DNA of 64,000 bases, taken from contig CALXZX010000001.1 of the NCBI GenBank assembly GCA_944393375.1, positions 6,988 to 70,987 on the forward strand. The letters run 5' to 3'. The DNA is from an uncultured Clostridia bacterium (lineage in GTDB: Bacteria > Bacillota > Clostridia > TANB77 > CAG-508). Below, in pieces: positions 39,421 through 48,847 of this stretch (the first letter of the stretch is position 1; each line of letters starts with the position of its first letter). Under the pieces are notes generated by a model. The model saw only the letters and a list, made by a program, of their open reading frames with translations. It ran no database searches and had not been told where the DNA came from. The position numbers and the translations under genes were made by a program.

Positions 39421-39722
39421 TCCGTCCTATCAAAATAAAATACTCATACTCATCTTGTTGTTTTCTATTTCCAAAATCAGTATTATATCTTACAACTGAA
39501 AATGCTTGTCCTTTTTCTTTTTCTCGTGGCTTTTCCCATTTCTCGCTATCTAAATTATATTTAAATAATGACCTACATTTTGCTAAACATTTTTTATGAC
39601 CGATATTTTACAATTGCCATATCACTTTGGTATTTTTTCTTTGATTTACATTGAGGTTTTTTTATGCGTAATTTTTCTAATCCCTTTCTTTTCATAATTA
39701 ATATGCCTCTCTATCTTTTTAT

Positions 39723-40160
39723 TTATTCTTTTTTCCATGTCATAATATATTCTTTTTCATTAAATTGTTCATTTAATTGGATTTTACTATTTTTAAATTG
39801 TAGCTTTGAAAAAAATATAATACCATTCATGTTTTTTTCAAATATCTTTATATATATTTCTGTATTTTCTTCAAGATTATTTCTATAAAAGTTTAGCAAT
39901 TTAGTTCCAATTTCATGTCCTCTATTTTCTTCTTTTACATATATTGCTTTAATTTCATTGTCATGAATAGAAATAAATCCTAAAATTTCATCATTTTCTA
40001 CATACACATAAGTTTTAAAATTCTCTAAAAAGTCTACTTTTACTTGATTATAGATTTCTAACCAATAATCTTTTTCAATAAAACTATTTGCTTTAAAATT
40101 TCCTTTTACCCATATTGTCATGACTTTTGTTAAGTCATCTTCTTTTATTTTTCTTATCAT
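39723..40160 (-). CDS. GNAT-family N-acetyltransferase
   Basis: ILGFISIHDNEIKAIYVKEENRGHEIGTKLL acetyl-CoA binding region. Confidence 0.75.
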   Translation of the reverse strand: MIRKIKEDDLTKVMTIWVKGNFKANSFIEKDYWLEIYNQVKVDFLENFKTYVYVENDEILGFISIHDNEIKAIYVKEENRGHEIGTKLLNFYRNNLEENTEIYIKIFEKNMNGIIFFSKLQFKNSKIQLNEQFNEKEYIMTWKKE

Positions 40161-40250
40161 ATAATCACCTTTTTCCTTTGTTTTTTCTTAATGTAACAAA
40201 AAAATGTGTATTTTTCAATATATTTTTGTTAAAATCTGGTGATTTGTATC

Positions 40251-41051
40251 TTAATCTTTTATATTAGGTATATCCATAAACCTTCCAATTGCATATCCTA
40301 AAATACTTTCACCTGCTACTAAGATAATTGAAACAATTACATTAAATTCCATTGTTCTTGCCCATGAAATTATATATATGATATATAATACCAAAAGAAA
40401 TACATAATTAAGGAATAAGAATTTTAAAAAATCAGGAGAAAGTTTTTGTATTGTTTTTTCTTTTTCTATATAGTAACTAATAAGTCCAATTAATCCTGTA
40501 CCTCCAAATACAAGTAATACCATTACAGGAATCATTAAAAAAGGTGTCGTTATAGAAAATACAACATTACAAATAATCATGAAAATAAAAATAATCTTAA
40601 ACATAATAGAAATATTTGTATGTTGTTGTGTATCCTTTTTTAAGGTTTTCCTGATTTTAATTGTATTTAGAATAAACATAAGGATAAGTATGAAAGTAAA
40701 TGCTAAATTTTTCATAGGAATATAGATTCCTTCTTCTTTTATTAAATTATTTTGCCAAGGGATATTTTCTAAATATAAGGTTTCTTCTTTCCCATTTTCA
40801 TAATAAACTTCATAATGATTGTTATCCCATACTTCTTCATATATAATTTTCTTTGCTTCACTATCTGTTCTAAAATTTTCTTCTCCCACATATGCATAAA
40901 TTTTATCTTTATTGTTCTCATTGATATATAACTCATATTGTTCTGAAAACCTCAACGTATATGTTGAAAATACTAGTATGCAAATAGCTAAAATTCCATT
41001 TATAATTCTGTATATTGTTCTTAAAGATGTTTCTTTTCTATTATTTTCCAT
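40251..41051 (-). CDS. Hypothetical membrane protein
   Basis: 266 aa; N-terminal TM, C-terminal multi-TM region. Confidence 0.45.
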   Translation of the reverse strand: MENNRKETSLRTIYRIINGILAICILVFSTYTLRFSEQYELYINENNKDKIYAYVGEENFRTDSEAKKIIYEEVWDNNHYEVYYENGKEETLYLENIPWQNNLIKEEGIYIPMKNLAFTFILILMFILNTIKIRKTLKKDTQQHTNISIMFKIIFIFMIICNVVFSITTPFLMIPVMVLLVFGGTGLIGLISYYIEKEKTIQKLSPDFLKFLFLNYVFLLVLYIIYIISWARTMEFNVIVSIILVAGESILGYAIGRFMDIPNIKD

Positions 41052-41170
41052 GAACGCCTCCTTTTGTCAGTTATATATCATTGTTTTATGTTTGTCAATA
41101 TTTTTTTATCGTTTTTCAATATACACAGTTATAAAAAAGAAGATATATTTTAGTATATCTTCTTAAAATT

Positions 41171-41866
41171 CTATTCTTCTTCAAATATTTTATCTGCTTC
41201 TTCTTGTGTTAAATATTCATATTTAAGCATCTTATTTAATACTTGTTTTTGCCTTTGCTTTGCAAGTCCTGGATTGACAGTTGGTGCATATACACTTGGT
41301 GCATTGGGTATTCCTGCAAGCATAACACATTCTCCGTCTGTCATTTCATTTGGATTTTTTCCAAAATATCCTCTTGAAGCTTCTTTTACAGTATCATATC
41401 CGTTACCAAAATAACTAGTATTTAAGTACAATTCTAAAATTTCTTCCTTACTCAAATTTCTTTCAATTTTAAATGCCATAAACATTTCTGCAATCTTTCT
41501 AGTCATCTTTTTTTCTTGTGTAAAATATATATTTTTTGCCAATTGTTGTGTAATGGTACTTCCACCTTCTACATAACTCATTGCTTTTAAGTCATTGATA
41601 AATGCCCTTCCAATTGCTATGATATCAATTCCTGGATGTTGATAAAATCTATGGTCTTCTACACTAATGATTGCATCTAAATAGATTTGTGGTAATTCAG
41701 AAAGTTCTGTATAATTTTCTTTTTCTTGTATTTGTTCTACTTTATCTTCAAGTGGTATATTCTCTATTGCCTCCTTATACATACTATATCCATTTCCTAC
41801 AAATAATAAAGCAATACTTAATAAAATTAATACTACTAAACATACAACTTTTAGAAATGCTTTCAT
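41171..41866 (-). CDS. mtgA: Monofunctional peptidoglycan glycosyltransferase (GT51)
   Basis: EDHRFYQHPGID and GGSTITQQLAKN GT51 motifs with N-terminal TM. Confidence 0.85.
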   Translation of the reverse strand: MKAFLKVVCLVVLILLSIALLFVGNGYSMYKEAIENIPLEDKVEQIQEKENYTELSELPQIYLDAIISVEDHRFYQHPGIDIIAIGRAFINDLKAMSYVEGGSTITQQLAKNIYFTQEKKMTRKIAEMFMAFKIERNLSKEEILELYLNTSYFGNGYDTVKEASRGYFGKNPNEMTDGECVMLAGIPNAPSVYAPTVNPGLAKQRQKQVLNKMLKYEYLTQEEADKIFEEE

Positions 41867-41903
41867 TTTACCACCTCATTTCTTTCTCCTTATTTTACTC
41901 CTT

Positions 41904-42257
41904 TTATTCTACATTCATTTCTGCTTTTACAGCTTCAGGCAATTCTTCTTTTTGGACTTCTTTCCAATTAGTAACACCTCTTATAGACATCACTTCTAAT
42001 TCTAAATAAGCATCTTCCCTCAATTCTCTAGATGTTTTAAATTGAATTTCTTTTTCTTTTCCATTTTTGCTATATGCCATTAATGTATATTGATATTTCA
42101 TATCATCATTACCAGATAATTCTTCTATTTTTGTATTATCAATTTGTGTATAATACAAAGATTTATGAATACATAAGAAATAATAGGCACCTATCATTAA
42201 AGCAATGACAATAATGACTGCAATTATAATTGGAATTTTTTCTTTAAAATCTTCCAT
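41904..42257 (-). CDS. YxeA-family small membrane-anchored protein (BceAB-associated)
   Basis: 117 aa, TM + DUF1093-like domain, immediately downstream of BceB-like permease. Confidence 0.55.
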   Translation of the reverse strand: MEDFKEKIPIIIAVIIVIALMIGAYYFLCIHKSLYYTQIDNTKIEELSGNDDMKYQYTLMAYSKNGKEKEIQFKTSRELREDAYLELEVMSIRGVTNWKEVQKEELPEAVKAEMNVE

Positions 42258-42260
42258 TTT

Positions 42261-44357
42261 CTATTCCTCCTCTTTAATAATGTTCTTGCTACCAATATAT
42301 GTTGCTAAGAAATATAATCCATAGATGATACCAATAATAATAGCAGTTACTATCACAGAAGGTAATAAATCGCTTGGAGATGCTAATGCAGCAAGCATTG
42401 ACAATATAAATTTAATTCCAAATATAGAATGTATAATCGCAAGAGCTAATGGTAACATGAAAAATATAAATATCTGTCTAAATAATGCTCGATTGATCAT
42501 CTTTTCATCACAACCGATTTTTCTTAAAATGGTATATCTTTGTTTGTTATCAGAACTTTCTGTCAATTGTTTTAATGCTAAAATGGCAGAACTTGCAATT
42601 AAGAAGATAACCCCTAGATAAATCGCAATAAATATGATAATGGTTGCTAATCCTTTACTTGCTTCTATTAAACTAATTTTTGTCATTCCATCTAGCTCTA
42701 TACCTTTTTGATCTAAATTGTTCAATAGTGTATTATTCTCTGCTTCTGTAAATGTTTTTTCTATTTCTTCTTTTTCTTCATCTGTTTCGGCATTATAATT
42801 TGCTGCTAAAAATTGTTCTTCTTTCCATTCTTCTTTTAATTCAAAACTATCTGGAACTAATATAATTCCTGTATTCACATGACTTGTAGACATTTCAATA
42901 AATCCACTTTTACATTCGTTATATTTAGCATGTAAGGTTTTTCCATTAATTTGTATGGTTGCGCTTTCTTTTAAGGCTTGATTTCTTAATTCTTTCATAT
43001 TATCGAAATCGCAAAGTACAATATATTCATCATTATTTAGGCTATATTGTTCTTGCCCATAAAGTTCTGCAATTTTATTATAATCTGACACTTTTATAAC
43101 TTCTTCTGGCATATCATACAAAAGCATTGAAAATTGTGCTTTTGCTTGTTCATAATAATTTCCTAAACTATATTTCAAAGTCCATTCAGGAATCGCATAA
43201 ATTGGAATTTCCACAACATCTTTCAATAAATTCATATCATATCCATTGGTTTCTAATGTATAAGAGATTGGATATTTTGAATCTTCAATTTGTTCTTCTG
43301 TAGGATATATCATCTGACCTGTATAGGAATCTTCATAACTTTGTGGTAAATTAGCAGTCTTATATAAATTAACATCTACTGGCGTCATTTCTTCCAATTC
43401 TGAATCCAATGAATTTTGTATAGATAAACTACTAGATAAAACACTTATCGTCATAAATAGCATTAAGCAAATAACAGACATACTGATAACGGTTGTATTT
43501 ATCTTATTATTTAATTGTCTTAATACAAACATATTGGTTCCTTTTAGATATATCTTTTTTCTTGTTTGTATGATTCTTAATATAAATCCTGATAAAGACC
43601 AGAATACACCTATTGTTCCTACAATTCCCATTAAAATTGGCACTAACATTTTTTCTTCTGTATTTAATTCATAGATGCCACCTGTAACTATATAATAAGC
43701 ATATCCTAACAATCCTGCTGAAATTAAGAATATGATAATAGAGATGATTGGATTTTTAATTTTTACTTTTTCATTTTTTCTAACAGCTGTCAATAAATTA
43801 ATTAATTTGTATCTTGAAATAGTAAGTGTATTAAATATCATAACAGCTATATACATAACTGCAAAATAAATACAAGTTTTAATACAAGCATCTTTTGAAA
43901 ATACAAAGGTGAATTCACTCATATCTGCTTGAAAAAGTTTAGCTACTAGTATAGACATAAATTGAGAACCAAATACACCTATAAAAATACCAACAATTAA
44001 TGAAATGATTCCTACTAATATGGTTTCTATCAATATAATTTTTGATATCTGCCTTCTTCCCATCCCTAATGTCATATAAATACCAAATTCTCTTTTTCTT
44101 CTATTTACTAAGAAGTTATTAGCATATACAATTAAAAATCCAAGTACAATGGCAATAAATACAGATACCATTCCTAACATACTAATCATGAGTTTTATCA
44201 TATCTCTTGTGGATTCAGACACTTCTAACATAGCTTGTTGACTATCTAAAGAGTTAAACATATAAAAGATAGCAACACCTAATACTAATGTTAAAAAATA
44301 AATGGCATAATCTTTAAAACTTTTTTTCATGTTTTTTACAGATAATTTAAATAACAT
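42261..44357 (-). CDS. BceB-type ABC transporter permease (FtsX-like, 10 TM with large extracellular loop)
   Basis: 698 aa, FtsX-fold repeats, overlaps upstream ATPase gene. Confidence 0.85.
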   Translation of the reverse strand: MLFKLSVKNMKKSFKDYAIYFLTLVLGVAIFYMFNSLDSQQAMLEVSESTRDMIKLMISMLGMVSVFIAIVLGFLIVYANNFLVNRRKREFGIYMTLGMGRRQISKIILIETILVGIISLIVGIFIGVFGSQFMSILVAKLFQADMSEFTFVFSKDACIKTCIYFAVMYIAVMIFNTLTISRYKLINLLTAVRKNEKVKIKNPIISIIIFLISAGLLGYAYYIVTGGIYELNTEEKMLVPILMGIVGTIGVFWSLSGFILRIIQTRKKIYLKGTNMFVLRQLNNKINTTVISMSVICLMLFMTISVLSSSLSIQNSLDSELEEMTPVDVNLYKTANLPQSYEDSYTGQMIYPTEEQIEDSKYPISYTLETNGYDMNLLKDVVEIPIYAIPEWTLKYSLGNYYEQAKAQFSMLLYDMPEEVIKVSDYNKIAELYGQEQYSLNNDEYIVLCDFDNMKELRNQALKESATIQINGKTLHAKYNECKSGFIEMSTSHVNTGIILVPDSFELKEEWKEEQFLAANYNAETDEEKEEIEKTFTEAENNTLLNNLDQKGIELDGMTKISLIEASKGLATIIIFIAIYLGVIFLIASSAILALKQLTESSDNKQRYTILRKIGCDEKMINRALFRQIFIFFMLPLALAIIHSIFGIKFILSMLAALASPSDLLPSVIVTAIIIGIIYGLYFLATYIGSKNIIKEEE

Positions 44358-45114
44358 CGTTCAAATCACCTCCAAGAAGTGTTTGTACTTCAATTATCTT
44401 TTCAAAGAATTGTTTTCTAGTATCTTCTCCTTTTACTAACTCATTAAAGATTTTTCCATCTTTAATAAAAATAATCCTATCCGCATAACTTGCTGTGAAA
44501 GCATCATGTGTAACCATTAAAATAGTTGCTCCTAAATTTCGATTTAAGTGTTCAAAAGTTTCTAATAATTGTCTTGCAGATTTACTATCTAGTGCACCTG
44601 TTGGCTCATCTGCTAAAATCATTTTTGGATTTGTGATAATGGCTCTTGCTGATGCCACCCTTTGTTTTTGTCCACCTGATATTTGATATGGATATTTATT
44701 TAAAATATCTGATATTTCTAGTTTTTCTGCTACTTCTTTTACTTTTTTATCAATTTCATGTGCATTTACTTTTTGAATGGTTAATGCCAATGCTATATTT
44801 TCATAAGCAGTTAATGTATCTAATAAATTAAAATCTTGGAATATAAAGCCTAATTCTTCTCTCCTAAATTTGTTTAATTTATTCCCTTTTAGTTTCGTAA
44901 TATCTTGGTTATTAATAATAATCTTTCCTGCTGTTACTCTATCAATCGTTGAAATACAGTTTAATAAGGTTGTTTTTCCTGAACCTGACGCACCCATGAT
45001 TCCAACAAATTCCCCTGTTTCTACATTAAAACTAATTCCTGCAATTGCTTTTGTTAAATTGGATTTGTTTCCATAGTATTTTTCTATGTTTTTCACTTCT
45101 AATACATGACTCAT
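44347..45114 (-). CDS. BceA-type ABC transporter ATP-binding protein
   Basis: GASGSGKTTLLN Walker A, LSGGQKQRVASARAI signature, ILADEPTGALD Walker B. Confidence 0.9.
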   Translation of the reverse strand: MSHVLEVKNIEKYYGNKSNLTKAIAGISFNVETGEFVGIMGASGSGKTTLLNCISTIDRVTAGKIIINNQDITKLKGNKLNKFRREELGFIFQDFNLLDTLTAYENIALALTIQKVNAHEIDKKVKEVAEKLEISDILNKYPYQISGGQKQRVASARAIITNPKMILADEPTGALDSKSARQLLETFEHLNRNLGATILMVTHDAFTASYADRIIFIKDGKIFNELVKGEDTRKQFFEKIIEVQTLLGGDLNDVI

Positions 45115-45186
45115 ATATATAAACCTCCATTTATCTTTTATTCTGTATTTATTATACGGCTTATTCTTTTTTCTTTCTATTGTTTA

Positions 45187-45215
45187 ATCTTACATTTAGA
45201 TTACATTTTTGTAAG
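45187..45215 (-). promoter_or_regulatory. Candidate BceR-type response-regulator box TTACA-N4-TGTAA (+ third half-site TGTAAG) upstream of bceA-like gene
   Basis: Minus strand ttacaaaaatgtaatctaaatgtaag ~30 nt upstream of TATAAT at 45151-45156. Confidence 0.4.
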
Positions 45216-45258
45216 AAAGGCGTGCGTTAAAGAAATTAAAGATTTCTATATATAAAGA

Positions 45259-45289
45259 AAAGGTAAGATATTTTTTGTATCTTACCTTT
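45259..45289 (-). terminator. 12-bp perfect stem hairpin (aaaggtaagata-N7-tatcttaccttt) downstream of TA operon
   Basis: Seen directly; insulates TA module from bceA promoter. Confidence 0.45.
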
Positions 45290-45533
45290 GATTAGTTTAA
45301 TATAATACTATACCTCTTTTTATATATTTATTTTTACTTTTAAACTATTTCTTTTAGTCATTTGTTGATATCTTAAATTTTATAAATTTATTTTAAAAAA
45401 TCTATATTATGATATTATTTATAAAATTATTCTAAAATTTATAATATTCTTATCAATCTTTATTATTATTCACTCCTAACTTTTATGAATTATTAGTCTC
45501 CTTATTTATCTATTAAATTATAAAAATATAAAT

Positions 45534-46559
45534 TTAAAATTCATTAATTTCTTTTGCAAATGTAAATGGTATAATTTCATTATCTTTTGTTTCTATATAT
45601 GCTTTTTCTTTATGCATATAGTCAGAAATTTCATAACTTTTATAGTTTTTAAATTTATTTATAACTCTATCTATAATTTCTTTTTCTTCTTTTTTTAATT
45701 TTTTTATTTTATATTCTTCATTGAATTGAATTCTATATTCCTCATATTCACTTTCATTGATAAATAAATTAGATTTTATTGAAGATAATTCGATAATCTC
45801 TCTATGTCCTATTGGTAAAGCACCATATGGCATATGCTCATAAACTAATCCTGTAATCGTATATCCATTATTTTTATAACTCAAACTATCTATATACCAT
45901 AATAACTTCATTAATACAACTTTTTTCGTTGGTCCCATTTCTTTTGTAATATATCCTAATACATTTGTTAGATTTCCTATATCTAATACTGTATTACCAT
46001 TTATAATAGATTTTTCATTATATTGTATATACTTTGCAATTAATTCTTGTTCATTTAAAAAACTAATAATATTTTTATCAATCACTTCTTTGATATTTTT
46101 TTCAATTTCATCATATCGTTTAAACTTACTCCTATTCTTTTCTAATAATTTTAAAGCAAATAATGGATTATCATTCAATTCTCTAATCATATTATCAACA
46201 CTAGCATCTTGAATTTGTTTTGTTTCATATCTTGTTATAGTAATTTCACCTAAATTTAATAAATATGCCATTTCACTTTGTGTTAATTGATATTTCTCTC
46301 TTATTTTTTTTATTTCTTTTGATGTTAATAAATCTTTTTTCTTTCTATATTCATCTAAACTATTAATTAAATTAACATTCCACAAATCTCCAGACATAAA
46401 TATATTATTGTCTGGATATTTGTCACATTTATAATATAATTCTCTATATTTAATTTTTTCTCCTTTTATGATTGTTTCTCTTTCTTCTTCAATTAAACTA
46501 ACATCATGGTTTTCTTCACAAATAGAACAAAACATATTTACTTTCTTTAATTCTTTCAT
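45534..46559 (-). CDS. Antitoxin-like protein: MqsA-like Zn-ribbon + XRE-HTH N-terminus fused to Panacea (DUF4065)-like C-terminal domain
   Basis: MFCSICEEN...YYKCDKY Cys ribbon; LTSKEIKKIREKYQLTQSEMAYLLNLGEITITRYE matches MqsA HTH; C-terminal KKVVLMKLLWYIDSL...LVYEHMPYGALPIGH resembles DUF4065 core. Confidence 0.55.
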   Translation of the reverse strand: MKELKKVNMFCSICEENHDVSLIEEERETIIKGEKIKYRELYYKCDKYPDNNIFMSGDLWNVNLINSLDEYRKKKDLLTSKEIKKIREKYQLTQSEMAYLLNLGEITITRYETKQIQDASVDNMIRELNDNPLFALKLLEKNRSKFKRYDEIEKNIKEVIDKNIISFLNEQELIAKYIQYNEKSIINGNTVLDIGNLTNVLGYITKEMGPTKKVVLMKLLWYIDSLSYKNNGYTITGLVYEHMPYGALPIGHREIIELSSIKSNLFINESEYEEYRIQFNEEYKIKKLKKEEKEIIDRVINKFKNYKSYEISDYMHKEKAYIETKDNEIIPFTFAKEINEF

Positions 46560-46564
46560 TTTAT

Positions 46565-46969
46565 TTATTCTACCTCCTTTCCTCTATACGGAAATCTAGT
46601 TGTCTCATATTGAGCATAATGAAATGACATACATAATATAACCTTACTATCATAACTTTTGATTTTTATTTTTATATATACCTGTTTTTGATTATATATT
46701 TTAGAAAATACATAATAATCTCTTGAATTTCGATTTCTTTTATCTGGACAACATTCTACATATTCACTAAGCTTCAATTTTTTTAGTTCTTCTTTTACAT
46801 CTTCTGTTTCAAATCCCAAATCTCTTAGGCAATATTCTGTTGAATATTCTATTGGCTTATCTTCTCTTGGCATAATATCTAATCTTGATTCAGGAATTTT
46901 TAATATGTTTCTTACTTCTTTCAAAAATGTTTCTACATTTCCTTTTGTTGCTTGATATCCTTCTGCCAC
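46565..46969 (-). CDS. MqsR-like toxin (mRNA interferase family) candidate
   Basis: 134 aa; C-terminal QVYIKIKIKSYDSKVILCMSFH parallels MqsR YLKITVIHDVLIVSFK; toxin-first gene order as in mqsRA; GTG start with RBS aggaggtaaag. Confidence 0.45.
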   Translation of the reverse strand: MAEGYQATKGNVETFLKEVRNILKIPESRLDIMPREDKPIEYSTEYCLRDLGFETEDVKEELKKLKLSEYVECCPDKRNRNSRDYYVFSKIYNQKQVYIKIKIKSYDSKVILCMSFHYAQYETTRFPYRGKEVE

Positions 46970-46990
46970 TTTCTTTACCTCCTGTTTGCA

Positions 46991-47045
46991 TTAACTATCA
47001 ATTGATAGTTAACATCAGTATACACCCCATTCATAATTATGTCAA
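46991..47045 (-). promoter_or_regulatory. TA-operon promoter (TTGACA-17-TATACT) with 22-bp perfect palindromic operator TTAACTATCAATTGATAGTTAA just downstream
   Basis: Seen directly on minus strand; palindrome 46991-47012 overlaps the transcription start region. Confidence 0.55.
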
Positions 47046-47106
47046 TACTTTTATAGAAATTAATGATGCATTTAGAAAATGTCTACATCCTTTAACATCA
47101 TTCTAA

Positions 47107-48123
47107 CTACTTCAAATTCGTATAACTATTTTTAGGGAATATAATCCTTACTTCTGTTCCTTTATCTTTCTCTGAATTTAATTCTATTCCAAGACTTAAT
47201 TTATCACATAATTTTTTACACAAGTATAAGCCAATTCCAGTAGATTTTTGTCCTATCAATCTTCCATTTTCTCCTGTAAAACCTCTTTCAAATACTCTTG
47301 TAATCTCTCCTTTTTTTATTCCAATTCCATTATCTTGTATATATAAAATCACTTTATCATTTTTTGATCTTGCAAATATCTCTATTTTCTTATTTTCGTC
47401 TTTGGAATATTTAATTGCATTTTGTATAATTTGATTGATAATAAATGTTGCCCATTTACTATCTGTATAAACTTCATGTTCTAAATCTTTTAATTCTAAT
47501 GCCACTTTTTCATTTAGTAATGTACTTTTATTTTTTAATATAGCACCATTTACAATTTCTTTTAGATTGGTTTTTGTGATGATATAATCTTTTTCAACAG
47601 CATTACTTCTTGCATAAAATAAGGCTTGTTCTGTATAATTTTCTACCTTGTCTAGTTCTTCATCTATACTTTTAGTTACTTCATTTTTATGGTTTTCAAT
47701 AATCATTTTACTTGCCGCAATTGGTATTTTTACTTCATGAATCCATAATTCTATATATTCTTTATAATCTTCTTGAATACGTTTATAGTAATTTACATTT
47801 TCAATCATAGACTTTCCTGCATCTTGCATCACTTCTTTTAAAATTTTGCCTTCTGAAAAGTTAGCATTTTTGATAATTTCAGAAATCAAATACTTTTCGT
47901 GTAAATCTTCCATATTATTTTTTAATTGATTATAAAAATGTTGTTTTCTTTTATATTCAACAAATATGGAAATAGCAATGACAATTATGATAATAGCAGC
48001 TATGTAAATTTGTGCAATCATTCCAATATGATAAGCAAGTAATAATATTTCTATACTAATTAATGCCAATATAACAGTTACAATTAGCAATACTTTATCT
48101 TTTATAAAATCTTTAAATTTCAT
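47107..48123 (-). CDS. Sensor histidine kinase (BceS-like, intramembrane-sensing)
   Basis: Two N-terminal TM, HisKA and HATPase_c motifs (...DNGIGI...GTGIGL). Confidence 0.85.
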   Translation of the reverse strand: MKFKDFIKDKVLLIVTVILALISIEILLLAYHIGMIAQIYIAAIIIIVIAISIFVEYKRKQHFYNQLKNNMEDLHEKYLISEIIKNANFSEGKILKEVMQDAGKSMIENVNYYKRIQEDYKEYIELWIHEVKIPIAASKMIIENHKNEVTKSIDEELDKVENYTEQALFYARSNAVEKDYIITKTNLKEIVNGAILKNKSTLLNEKVALELKDLEHEVYTDSKWATFIINQIIQNAIKYSKDENKKIEIFARSKNDKVILYIQDNGIGIKKGEITRVFERGFTGENGRLIGQKSTGIGLYLCKKLCDKLSLGIELNSEKDKGTEVRIIFPKNSYTNLK

Positions 48124-48815
48124 TTTAACAAATACCCCTGTCCTCTTTTCGTTTCTATTCTATCATGTAATCCTAATTCCTCTAATTTAGTTCTTAGTCT
48201 CTTTATATTGACATTTAATGTATTATCATCAATAAATTCTTCGCTTTCCCATAAATAATCCATGATTTCATCTCTTGATACTACTTCATTCTTATGAGTG
48301 CTTAAATAGTATAAAATATTATATTCATTTTTTGTTAAATCCATTTTCTCATTATCTTTTTCTATGGCTCTTTCTGCTATATTTAATACAAAACCATTAC
48401 AATCAATTTTTTCTGGGTTTCTTCCTGCATTTTGATTTCTTTTTAATAAACCATTTATCTTTGCAAGCAATATTTGTATGTTATATGGTTTTGTAACATA
48501 TTGGTCTGCTCCATAATTTAGGCTCATTAATTCATCAATTTCATTATCTCTACTTGTTACCATAATAATTGGGACATTAGATACTTTTCTTACTTCTTTG
48601 CAAACAAATTCTCCATCTGTATATGGCAAATTGATATCTAATAATACCAAATCAGCTTTTTCTTCTAGTATATCTTGTATCGTATTATCAAAGTTTTCTA
48701 ATGTTTTTGCTTTAAATCCATTCTTATTTAGAAATGTTTCTAACTCTTGCCTTAATTTTTTATCATCTTCAACAATTAATATTTTACTCATATCTCTCTT
48801 TCCTTTATTTATCAT
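48120..48815 (-). CDS. OmpR-family response regulator (BceR-like)
   Basis: Receiver LIVEDD...DLVLLDINLP, winged-helix C-terminus. Confidence 0.9.
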   Translation of the reverse strand: MINKGKRDMSKILIVEDDKKLRQELETFLNKNGFKAKTLENFDNTIQDILEEKADLVLLDINLPYTDGEFVCKEVRKVSNVPIIMVTSRDNEIDELMSLNYGADQYVTKPYNIQILLAKINGLLKRNQNAGRNPEKIDCNGFVLNIAERAIEKDNEKMDLTKNEYNILYYLSTHKNEVVSRDEIMDYLWESEEFIDDNTLNVNIKRLRTKLEELGLHDRIETKRGQGYLLK

Positions 48816-48847
48816 TTATACTTTATTGCTATTATACGAATTTTTAT

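Noticed and set aside
39421-39722. 300-bp gap with several tiny minus-strand ORFs (e.g. MKRKGLEKLRIKKPQCKSKKKYQSDMAIVKYRS)
   Set aside because: No RBS, basic low-complexity, interrupted by stops; probably a non-coding promoter region of the alpha/beta-hydrolase gene.
39664-39888. 74-aa plus-strand ORF
   Set aside because: Overlaps the antisense strand of the GNAT acetyltransferase gene.
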